The notes: a model not told the origin generated them from the letters alone. DNA of 12,636 nucleotides from Octopus sinensis (GCF_006345805.1 NW_021826552.1:1-12636); one strand, 5' to 3'. Counted from the first letter of the stretch, positions 1 through 8,822 are shown. Translations and numbers: made by a program.

Positions 1-305
1 CTCTCATCGCATAACAACAATACGGCACAATTATTTCACCTCAATTGGCCCCGCTCTCTTTAACATTACACCAAAACACATTAAAAAAGAAACTGACCCT
101 ATAGGGTTCAAGAAGTCTTTGGACAGATTCCTTCAAGAAATCCCGGATAAACCCCTACACCCGGATATTTCTCTGTAAACAATAACTCTCTACTTGAGTG
201 GGCCATAGTGCCCAAATTCTGACTTGAAAGACTTCACCAGGTGGTGCTATTAAGTTAGACATGGCCTGGGCCAATAATGGCCGAAACCTATCAAAGTATC
301 AAAGT
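1..305 (+). mobile_element. 3' end of a CR1/L2-group LINE (ORF2 C-terminus, 3' UTR, tandem tail), degraded
   Basis: Manual translation from nt 2 gives SHRITTIRHNYFTSIGPALFNITPKHIKKETDPIGFKKSLDRFLQEIPDKP. After a 1-nt frameshift in the C run at 152-155 it continues PTPGYFSVNNNSLLEWAIVPKF* (TGA 220-222). The GPxLFN..FKxxLDxFL..IPD pattern is typical of CR1/L2-like ORF2 ends. The element ends in (ATCAAAGT)2 at 290-305. A related copy lies at 10808-11108. Confidence 0.75.
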
Positions 306-308
306 ATA

Positions 309-362
<54 letters not shown>

Positions 363-364
363 CA
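305..364. repeat. (TA)n microsatellite
   Basis: Directly visible. Confidence 0.95.
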
Positions 365-379
365 TACTTATAGACACCA

Positions 380-906
380 TACAGGGTGAATAAATTGTCT
401 AATTACGCAAAATTCAAAATACACTGGCATCTCATTTTAAAAGTATATTTACCAAAATTACATAAAATATCTTGAAATACTAAACAGTAAATTCATTCAA
501 TAAACTAGACATAAGCTTCAACGATGGCATCCAGACGGCTTTGGAATCTTCTGCAACTCTTCTGGGCGATATCCTTGTTTAAGTTGTTGAATGCTGCCGT
601 AATCCTTGCCTTCTGTCATCTTCGGTATTACAAGGAGTTTTGTTGGTCTCTCGCTCAACTGCGCCCGACACATAGTAATTAAGGGGATTGTATCTGACAG
701 TGGCTGATGTGGACGCAGAAATTATCTGACAGCCATAAATGGGTTCTCTTGCTTGTGTTGACTGGTGCAGAGTCCTGCTACCAGACATAGGTTCTTCCAG
801 CAGCCACCCGCTTGAGCAAGGGCTACACTTCCTCCAGGCACTTGATGTAGGCCTCTGTGTTGAGTGTGAGGCCGTGTGGGAAGATGAATGGAAACATAAA
901 GTCGCT
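380..906 (-). mobile_element. Tc1/mariner-superfamily transposon relic (probably maT/DD37D-like): transposase C-terminal half plus one terminus
   Basis: The - strand reads, across stops and frameshifts: FPFIFPHGLTLNTEAYIKCLEEV*PLLKRVAAGRTYVW*QDSAPVNTSKRTHLWLSDNFC...NPLNYYVSGAVERETNKTPCNT...RITAAFNNLNKDIAQKSCRRFQSRLDAIVEA. QDSAP and NPL(D>N)YY are the 2nd and 3rd catalytic-Asp motifs. TA+CAGGGTG at 380-388 resembles a TA target site plus TIR start. Confidence 0.85.
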
Positions 907-1082
907 TACATACGTTCGTACATACATACAATTTATTCAGAGAATTTTTGTCTGGGTCTCCATGCTTACACATTCTGCTACACCTCGGAAATGTTTTGTG
1001 CTACTTATTATCAAATTGACTAAACAACCTTTTATGTAATTCTTGCCACTGTGTCATGAGCTTTTCTTTTTCTATTTTACAG

Positions 1083-1561
1083 ACGTGAAGACATCAGGCA
1101 GTCCTCCTACCTTGCATGGTCACAACCAACACAGTCCAATTACAACCAGTCTAAATAATGGTACGGTGGTATCCAATCTTGGACTTGCTCCCAACTCGAT
1201 CGTTTCTCGTTCAACATCATCTGCCCTGACACCAAGTCCGTCGACGTCAAGTCCCAATATGGGCAGCCCAGTTAACATGTCGGCAGCCACTGCCCATGTA
1301 TATACTCCGTCGCCAGGCAAGCCTATATCATCACTTGCGTTAGAGCGAGATTCCTCACCAATCAACAACAATCATAATAATAATAACAATAATACCAGCA
1401 ATAACAGCAGCAACGGCCACCACAATGGACAGCCGTCACAACAACATCATCATCATCACCACCACCACCAACATCATCCACAGCATCAGCAAGGAATTGG
1501 TTTGGGCATTTCTGTTTCAGAGCCATCACCACTGACCGCTTTGTCAGTTGGTGGAAATTAA
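1083..1561 (+). CDS. Probable terminal coding exon of a host gene; low-complexity Ser/Pro/Thr-rich C-terminus with poly-Asn and poly-His/Gln tracts (transcription-regulator-like)
   Basis: Strong acceptor cttttctttttctattttacAG ends at 1082. An open frame DVKTSGSPPTLHG...SPLTALSVGGN* runs to TAA at 1559-1561 (phase-1 exon). GC content is raised over the flanks, and the Asn and His runs use mixed codons. The 1043 start in the ORF track is intronic. No folded domain is visible, so the gene is not identified. Confidence 0.85.
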
Positions 1562-2534
1562 TCATGTGAAACGGCGGGAAAACACACTATCTTAACACAA
1601 TAATGCCTACAGTTCGTTGGGGACGTTACCCCCACATCACCACAGTCAAATTGGAACTATGTTGGCCCTGAGTCTAAAAAGCGCTCTGCTGGTTGGTAAG
1701 GTGTAGTAAGCATCTTTGGACGAAGCAAAAGATATCATACAATTCACAGTCCACTGTTTTGAAAAAATAGGATAAAAACATCGTGCATTGTCATTCAGGC
1801 AGTATTAAGTTTAGCTACACACTTAAACACTGCCTCAGTTATATTTGCTGTGAACTTGTAATTACGATGAATTATAGAACATATCTTTATTGTCAACTGA
1901 AAAGATCTGTGTTCCGCTAATTGTAAAGCTCGTTCCTTGATTAGCAACAGTTTAAATGCACTAAATTCGTTCTCATTTGAGAGAAGAAGTTAAAAGACAT
2001 TAAATCACAGATGTGATTCAAGATTAACTAAACATGCTCGTTTGAAGGACTTATGTTGGGTTAAGTATAAAAGGTTATATTGTTCATTGGTACTAAAAAA
2101 TGTGTTTGGCTGAGATCAGCATATTTTTTTATATATATTTCATTGATAGAAAACGTAAAATCGCAGCTTGAAAGAGGCAGAGTTTGTTTGACTTGACGAA
2201 ATGTCGTCATACTTCAACTACACACTTCACTAAATGTGTGCCATTACGCTAACAGTCACATTTCAATAACGAGAAAGAATAATGGAATGTTATTGAACAT
2301 TTAGCAACATATATAAAAATGGAAGAGGGGAAAAAAAAACCTATTAAGTGAAACGAAAAACGTGGATCTGAAATTTTGAAACAAATGAACGAAATGTAAA
2401 GATAAACAAGGCAAAGTCACTGCCATTCATCTTACTCTCAAACTACCAAACGTCTTAAAACATTAAAGAATGGTAAGGTGTGAATAGTCTTCACGTAAAA
2501 TATATTACCAAAAGTGTATTCATAATTCCTGATA

Positions 2535-2770
2535 TAGGCACAAGGCCACACATTTTTGTGGGTTGGGAGGGAAGGTGGAGTCGATTGTATCATCCCCAGT
2601 ATTTGACTGATACACATATTTTAGCGAAATATGAAAGGATTCGATTTCAGATTTCGCTAAAACATGAAAAGCGAAGTATATTCATAAAAAGTCATGATTC
2701 AAGACGTTCTGAGTTCGCATCCCACCGAAGTGGTCGGCTATTCCTTTCATTGTTCCGGGGTTAATAAGTG
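2535..2770. mobile_element. Degraded SINE-like fragments in opposite orientations
   Basis: ggcacaaggcc...gtcgattgtatcatccccagtatttgactgatac (2537-2613) and cgttctgagttcgcatccc...cctttcattgttccggggtt (2705-2762) resemble recalled octopus SINE segments. The second has a B-box-like GAGTTCGCATCC. Confidence 0.4.
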
Positions 2771-2774
2771 CATT

Positions 2775-2780
2775 AATAAA
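2775..2780 (+). promoter_or_regulatory. Candidate polyadenylation signal
   Basis: AATAAA with a downstream U-rich element. Confidence 0.4.
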
Positions 2781-2904
2781 TGTAATTTATTTCAACTTTT
2801 CATTTTTTTTTTTCATTTTTTTTTGTTATATAGTGAAATGATTTTGATTGATTTTAGAAGAGAGTTCAGTTAGTTTATTAAACACAATCACTCACACACA
2901 TTTA

Positions 2905-3004
2905 TATATGCATACATTTATACATGAATACGTACATACATGCATGCATGCATGCATACATACATACATACATACATACATACATACATACATACATACA
3001 TACA
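2905..3004. repeat. (CATA)n/(CATG)n microsatellite
   Basis: Directly visible. Confidence 0.95.
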
Positions 3005-3253
3005 CAGATTGCTTAAAACATACAGTAGAATATTAACAAATATATATGTATATAAACTAACATAGCATAATGGACTAATTTAACAAAGAAATAAGTTTAA
3101 TAAAAAAAATGTAATAAAATGTCACCAAATACATATTTTGAGAATTTTGAGAAGAATGAAGTTTAAAAAATATATATATTATGAAATAAAATAAAGAATA
3201 CAAAAAACGAATGATGATTCGGCGTTCACTTATTCGTAATAAGATTTTATACT

Positions 3254-3330
3254 GTATATATATATATATATATATATATATCCTTCTCTCTCTCAATGTG
3301 TATATTTGTGTATTTTGTGTGTGTGTGTGT
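3254..3330. repeat. Compound (TA)n/(TC)n/(TG)n microsatellite
   Basis: Directly visible. Confidence 0.9.
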
Positions 3331-3496
3331 TAAATTCAACTTACGTTGAAAGTCAACAAAGTTTGCTTTAGAAGCGTTGGGTTGTATTGAAAGATACAGA
3401 TAAGGAAATAATATTATTCTCAAATGCAGTATAATGCTAATAATATAGCATGAACAGGATAAACTATCCATATTTTGCAGAATCTATAGGATGACT

Positions 3497-3917
3497 GGTG
3501 GAGGCACAATGGCCCAGTGATTAGTGCAGCGTACTCGCGGTCGTAGGATCGCGGTTTAAAACCCCTAAAGCTCCATAAGGCTCCGGCAGGGGGTGGTGGT
3601 GAAACCTGTTGTACCTGTATTTCGAAGGGCCAGCGTTGTCCCACTCTGTGTCACGGTGAATCTCTCCGAGAACTACGTTAAGAGTACACGTGTCTGTGGA
3701 GTGCTCAGCGACTTGCACGTTAATAAATGAGCTGCGACGTCACTGGTGCCAAGCTGTATTGGCCTTTCCCTTGGATAACATCGGTGGCGTGAAGAGAAGA
3801 GGCTGGTATGCATAGGCGACTGATGGTCTTCCATAAACAACTTTGCCCAGACTTGTGCCTCGGAGGGTAACTTTCTAGGTGTAATCCCATGGTCATTCAT
3901 GACCGAAGGGGGTCACA
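3497..3917 (+). mobile_element. tRNA-derived SINE with target-site duplication
   Basis: tRNA-like head GGAGGCACAATGGCCCAGTGATTAG (A box), with a degenerate B box GGTTTAAAACCC. The body is GC-rich in an AT-rich context. It is flanked by the direct repeat ATAGGATGA at 3486-3494 and 3918-3926. Confidence 0.8.
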
Positions 3918-4034
3918 ATAGGATGATTGAAGAGTAACTCCCTATTTTTTTTTTAATACTTATAAATTATTTATTAATTACAACTTTTACAATGAAATAG
4001 ATATCAAAGTAAGTATTTTAGTATGAAGTTTTAT

Positions 4035-4345
4035 TTAAAGTTCGATATGGGCTCCAGACGTCGCCATCAGCTTCTTCGGTCGCCCAGGAATTGCATCAAC
4101 TGAATTTTACCAAAACGAACTCTTATGGGTTGGAAGATGTAACTTCTCGTATTCGCCCTTCAAGTTCTTTCAAAGTCTTTGGTTTGATACAGAAGACTTG
4201 TTCCTTTAACTAACACCCCCCCCCCCAAAGAAAGAAGTCACAGGGTTATTAAGTTGGGACTCCTGGCTGGCCATTCATGCAGACCACGACTGCCCATCAA
4301 TCTCCTGGGAAAGTGGATATTCAGCCATTACAGATATTAGCGATT
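4035..4345 (-). mobile_element. Second Tc1/mariner-superfamily transposase relic (rosa/DD41D-like C-terminus)
   Basis: The - strand reads, across frameshifts: WLNIHFPRRLMGSRGLHEWPARSPNL..PCDFFLWG..LKEQVFCIKPKTLKELEGRIREV...SVDAIPGRPKKLMATSGAHIEL* (stop 4035-4037). This matches the WPxRSPDLTPxDFFLWG motif. No TIR was identified. Confidence 0.8.
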
Positions 4346-4398
4346 ATAGATTAAGTTCTTATACTTCAAATAAACACAAAAAATTTAAGAAAAGTTTA

Positions 4399-4868
4399 CA
4401 GGAGTGGCTGTGTGGTAAGTAGCTTGTTTACCAACCACATGGTTCCGGGTTCAGTCCCACTGCGTGGCACCTTGGGCAGGTATCTTCTACTATAGCCTCG
4501 GGCCGACCGAAGCCTTGTGAGTGGATTTGGTAGACGGAAACTGAAAGAAGCGCGTCGTATATATGTATATATGTATATATATATATGTATATATATATGT
4601 ATATATATATATATATTATATATATATATATGCGTGTGTGTGTTTGTGTGTCTGTGTTTGTCCCCCTAGCATTGCTTGACAACCGATGCTGGTGTGTTTA
4701 TGTTCCCGTTACTTAGCGGTTCAGCAAAAGAGACTGATAGAATAAGTACTAGGCTTACAAAAGAATAAGTCCCGGGGTCGATTTGCTCGATTAAAGGCGG
4801 TGCTCCAGCATGGCCGCAGTCAAATGACTGAAACAAGTAAAAGAGTAAAAAAAGAGTAACGAGAGTAA
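4399..4868 (+). mobile_element. tRNA-derived SINE with internal (TA)n/(TG)n microsatellite
   Basis: A box TGGCTGTGTGG, B box GGTTCAGTCC, and a CORE-like CCTTGGGCAG segment. The internal microsatellite spans about 4558-4655 and the tail is (AAAGAGTA)-like. A collinear copy lies at 11111-11483. Confidence 0.9.
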
Positions 4869-4934
4869 TTAATAATGTATGGAACCATACATGTGCACAT
4901 ATACATATCCGCACACACGTGCACATACCCAGTA

Positions 4935-7247
4935 TGGTCGACAGGTATACATAGCCAAGGGAGAAGCAGAAAAGAAGTTTGCCAATGATCAGCGATGTGA
5001 GGATCAAATAACTGAAGTATTTCGGATTGCAAGACAGTGTGTGAGAGAAAACCGTGATGTCATAGGAGAGAAATGTGTCCGCATGGATGATAGTGCACTT
5101 GATTTTGATGTTTCGGAGAAGAAAGAGACATGGAGAAGCCATTATGAAAGGCTGCTGAATGTGGAGAATGAATGGGAGGAGGAGAGCCTGCCAAATGTTG
5201 ACCCAATAGAAGGACCAGTTACCTGAATAAATAGCACCCTAGTAGATAAAGCTATTAAGGACATGAAGTCAGGAATCACTGCTGAGATGCTTAAAATATC
5301 TGGTGGTGTGGGTCATGGCCTATCACCCGTATTGTAAACCAGGTAGTCCATGATGGAGTCATACCCAATGACTGGTGTAGCAGCACCATAGTCAACTGCT
5401 ATAAAAGTAAAGGTGATGCTTTAGATGGAAATAACTACAGGGGTATCGAACTGCTGGATCAGATGATGAAGGTCACGGAGAGGGCAATAGCCCAACTAAT
5501 TAAGGAGAGAGTCTGCTTAGATGAGATGCAGTTCGGTTTTGTGCCAGGTGTAAGCACCAACGATACTATATTCCTGGTACAGCAACTGCAAGAGAAATAT
5601 CTAGCCAAAGATAAACCTCTATACTTGGCTTTTGCTAACTTGGAGAAAGCCTTTGTCAGGGTCCCCCTTCCCCAATCTGGTGGGCGATGTGGAAACTGGG
5701 GATTGACAAGTGGTTAATAAGAGTTGTACAGGTCTTGTACAGAGATGCCGTTTGTAAGGTAAGGATTGGCAATGCAATGATTATTGTGAAGAATTCTGGG
5801 TAGAAGTAGGGGTCCACCAAGGATCAGCCCTCAGCCCCCTCTTATTCATCATAGTCCTCCAGGCAATAACAGAGGAATTCAAGACAGGCTACTTTTGGGA
5901 GCTCATCTATGCTGATGACCTTGCTCTCATAGCGGAATCTCTACCAGAACTAGAGAAGAAATTTCAGGTGTGAGAGTAAGGTTTAGAATTGAAGGGCCTT
6001 AAAGTCAGCGTTGCAAAAACCATAGTCCTAGTAAGTAGGAAGGCGAATACATCACAAACCCTTTCAAGTAGATGGCCCTGCTCGATCTGTAGAAAAGGTG
6101 TAGGTAGAAACTCCATAAGATGTACCCATTGTAAGTTATGGAATCATAAGATGTGCAGCAATATCAAAAGAAGATTAACTAGGAAGATAGCTTTTGTGTG
6201 CAGCAGATGCACAGGAGCAATAAACACCGCAGATGCTCAGAAAACTGATTCCATCACATGCCAGGGGAAGAAACTAGAAGTAGTTGATAACTTCCGCTAC
6301 CTATGTGACCAAGTCTGTAGTGGGGGTGGATGCTCAGAGAGCGTTGCGACTAGAATAAGAATAACCTGGGCAAAGTTCAGAAAGCTCCTACCTCTACTGG
6401 CAACAAAGGGCCTCTCGCTCAGAGCGAAACGTAGATTCGTGATGCATATGTGCGAACTGCCATGCTATACAGCAGTGAAATATGGGCTGTGACTGCTGAA
6501 GACATGCTTAGGCTCGAAAGAAACGAAGCTAATATGATCCGCTGGCTGTGTAATTTCAGTGTGCACACACGACAGAGTGTAAGCGCCCTGAGAGAAATGT
6601 TGGATATAAGAAGCATGTATGGTCATGTGCCACGTATGGATGAGGAGAGCTGTGTGAAGAAGTATTACTCCCTAACAGCGGCAGGAACCCGTGGAAGAGG
6701 AAAACCCAGAAAGACATGGGATGAGGTGGTGAAGCATGTCCTTCGAACGTTGGGCCTCAGAATCAATGACGAAAGACCGAGACCTCTGGAGATATGCTGT
6801 TATTGAGAAAAGTGAGATCACAGCCATAGCGTACACCAGTGACGCATAACTTGCCCATCTGAAAAGTACCTTTGAATCGTCGGGCGATATGCCGTGATTG
6901 ATGAGACCTGTTGAGTCAATTAAATCAAAATCAAATCAAATCACAATCAAATGGAAATTATAGTTGTGGCCGATACCAGTGTCGCCTGCCTGGCTCCCGT
7001 GTTGATGGCACGCAATAGCACCATTCATGCGTGGGTCGTTGCCAGAGCCGTCTGAATGGCTCCCCGTGAACGTGGCACGTAAAAAAGCACTCACTACATT
7101 CTCGGAGTGGCTGGCGTTAGGAGGGGAATCCAGCTGTAGAAACATTGCCATATCAGATTGGAGCCTGGTGCGGCCTCCAAGCTCGCCAGTCGCCAGTGAA
7201 ACCGTCCAACCCATGCCAGCTTGGAAAACGGACGTTAAACGATGATA
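4935..7247 (+). mobile_element. 5'-truncated, inactivated RTE-clade LINE (RT, PHD finger, 3' UTR)
   Basis: RT motifs occur across frames: QFGFVPG, LYLAFANLEKAF, GVHQGSALSPLLF (QG from 5818), YADD (5908-5919), FRYL, and RGRGKPRKTW. A C4HC3 finger lies at 6079-6210. There are many stops and frameshifts, and no endonuclease domain is present. The 3' UTR has (AAATC)n at about 6920-6950 and ends GGACGTTAAACGATGAT. Confidence 0.93.
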
Positions 7248-7281
7248 TATATATATACACGTTATATATATATATATATAT

Positions 7282-7315
<34 letters not shown>

Positions 7316-7324
7316 ATATATATA
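7246..7324. repeat. (TA)n microsatellite
   Basis: Directly visible. Confidence 0.95.
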
Positions 7325-7812
7325 GTGACGCATATTTGCCATTTGAATATGGCTAACCCATAAGGGTGGATGCTACTGTAGTTTGTAGCCCCAGGAAGAT
7401 ATCTCCTCCAGCTGGCTATAGACACACTATCTGTGTCCTCTCAGTATTTGTGAAGGGGAGTCATCCTCCCCGTCTTCAACTCATGATACACACGTACCCG
7501 AGTTTCAAGGTGTTTACCTTTCATCAGCGTGTGACAATCATGGTTGTCGACGAGAAGTCAGATCCCTTCACAAATACATATACTTTTTCCAGTGTCGATT
7601 GACACTGATATTGAAAAAGTGAAATCAAACAATGATAAATATCAGTGCGAGTTATAAACAGTAGCGGTAACACATCGTGACGCATATTTGGAGGAGATAT
7701 CTTCCTGGGGCTACAAACTACAGTAGCATCCACCCTTATGGGTTAGCCATATTCAAATGGCAAATATGCGTCACGATGTGTTACCGCTACTGTTTATAAC
7801 TCGCTCTGAGAT

Positions 7813-7819
<7 letters not shown>
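7325..7819 (-). mobile_element. Non-autonomous hammerhead-bearing element (Penelope-type pLTR or non-LTR retrozyme) with inverted partial copy
   Basis: A 352-nt unit (7325-7676) is followed by a repeat of its first 14 nt (GTGACGCATATTTG, 7325-7338 = 7677-7690). 7689-7774 is the perfect reverse complement of 7325-7410. 7761-7818 is the reverse complement of 7633-7690 with 2 mismatches. It contains a hammerhead and has (TA)n on both sides. Confidence 0.8.
7489..7533 (-). ncRNA. Minimal type I hammerhead ribozyme
   Basis: The - strand reads CACACG-CUGAUGA-AAGGU-AAAC-ACCUU-GAA-AC-UCGG-GU-A^-CGUGUG. It has a 6-bp stem I, an intact core, a 5-bp stem II, a very short quasi-palindromic stem III and a GUA triplet. 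Predicted cut is between 7495 and 7494. Confidence 0.92.
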
Positions 7820-7851
<32 letters not shown>

Positions 7852-7854
7852 CAG

Positions 7855-7919
<65 letters not shown>

Positions 7920-7944
7920 ATATATATATACATATATGTATGTA

Positions 7945-7985
<41 letters not shown>

Positions 7986-8036
7986 TATATCCATTTATTT
8001 ATTTTTATATACGTATGTATATATATGTATATATAT
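7820..8036. repeat. Compound (TA)n/(CA)n microsatellite
   Basis: Directly visible. Confidence 0.95.
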
Positions 8037-8554
8037 TGGAATGGATACCAGAGGACAGAAACCCTTGCTTCGGATCGAGCTGGATGGCGAATGAAAGTGT
8101 GGAGTAAAAGCGTTTGAAGATGCTAGGATAACCCATGCAAGACTCAAAAGTGATTTAAGGAAGAATGTTACGATCGAGTACTGAATGACAATGGCCTTTA
8201 TGTGTGCACAGTTTGTGACAGACCATGTCTTTCTTTTACTGGGCTCAAATCTCATTTGCGAACCCATGGAGAACGAACCTCCACCAACTGCTCTGCCTAT
8301 ATGTCTGTGCACACATATGAATGCAATGTATGCCAGAAGGTTTGCAAATCTAACGGAGGCCTCAAGAGACATTTTAAGATCTATAAAGATCAGAACTTAT
8401 CTGCAACTCTTGGTGGTCCAAATCGGATGTGCAATCAATGTGGGTGTCTTTTCAAAACCTTGTCTGATTTAAAAAGCCACATCAGATGCCTTTATGGTTC
8501 TAATGCGTAGGTTCAGAAGGTGGTCAAATTTTGCATAAGGTGTAGACACCCACC
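8037..8554 (+). mobile_element. 3' fragment of an RTE-like LINE encoding three tandem C2H2 zinc fingers
   Basis: [11 protein letters not shown] (from 8058)...GVKAFEDAR is the RTE C-terminal A.DR..WR pattern. It is followed by CTVC-x12-H-x3-H (intact), CNVC-x12-H-x3-Y and CNQC-x12-H-x3-L. The stop is at 8508-8510, then a 44-nt 3' UTR and (TA)n. Confidence 0.8.
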
Positions 8555-8580
8555 ATATATATATATATATATTATAAAGT

Positions 8581-8645
8581 TCCACGCAATGGGACTGAAC
8601 CCGGAACCATGTGGTTGGGAAGCAAGCTTGTTACCACACAGCCAC
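8581..8645 (-). mobile_element. Head fragment of the same SINE family as 4399-4868, inverted
   Basis: Its reverse complement matches about 4404-4467 (gtggctgtgtggtaa...ccacatggttccgggttcagtccca). Confidence 0.88.
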
Positions 8646-8692
8646 ACACACACATACATATCGCTAATAGTAATATATGTAATTGTATAATC

Positions 8693-8732
8693 GGTTTCAG
8701 CCCGTAGCTGTAGCCATCCTGGGCCACCACCA
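8693..8732 (-). mobile_element. Diverged SINE tail fragment
   Basis: gtttcagcccgtagctgtagccatcctgggccaccacc resembles the reverse complement of 4796-4834. Confidence 0.5.
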
Positions 8733-8822
8733 TTAGCGGTAATGCTGGTTTATTTTGAACGCACTTCCTGGTCCCGATGAAATAGTAAGTTAGACAGGAC
8801 TACTTTTTATATATGCAAAAGT

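Larger units (their letters stand above)
1562..2800 (+). other. Probable 3' UTR of the gene above
   Basis: About 950 nt free of obvious repeats follow the stop. The first canonical AATAAA I found is at 2775-2780, followed by a T-rich tract (about 2797-2827). Earlier ATTAAA variants exist, so the end point is uncertain. Confidence 0.5.

Noticed and set aside
3021-3256. Possible old MITE bounded by TACAGTA...TACTGTA
   Set aside because: Only 7 bp match perfectly in very AT-rich sequence, which is insufficient evidence.
4399-4470. tRNA genes at SINE heads (also about 3500 and 11111)
   Set aside because: A and B boxes are present, but there is no complete cloverleaf and each continues into a SINE body.
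5912-5918. CTGATGA hammerhead-like core (also CTGAAGA at about 6496)
   Set aside because: These fall in RT coding sequence (YADD and AED codons), and I could not build the stems or a correctly placed GAAA.
7366-7733. Twin ORFs starting [15 protein letters not shown] on opposite strands
   Set aside because: A by-product of the inverted repeat, with GTG starts and no recognisable domain.
7325-7774. MITE with 86-bp TIRs and TA target site
   Set aside because: The inverted segment continues to 7818, matching internal sequence, and the unit has a terminal direct repeat and a hammerhead. This fits an inverted retro-copy better than TIRs.
8202-8510. Host C2H2 zinc-finger gene
   Set aside because: It has an upstream RTE-type motif, frameshifts, decayed His ligands, no TGEKP linkers and no clear splice acceptor.
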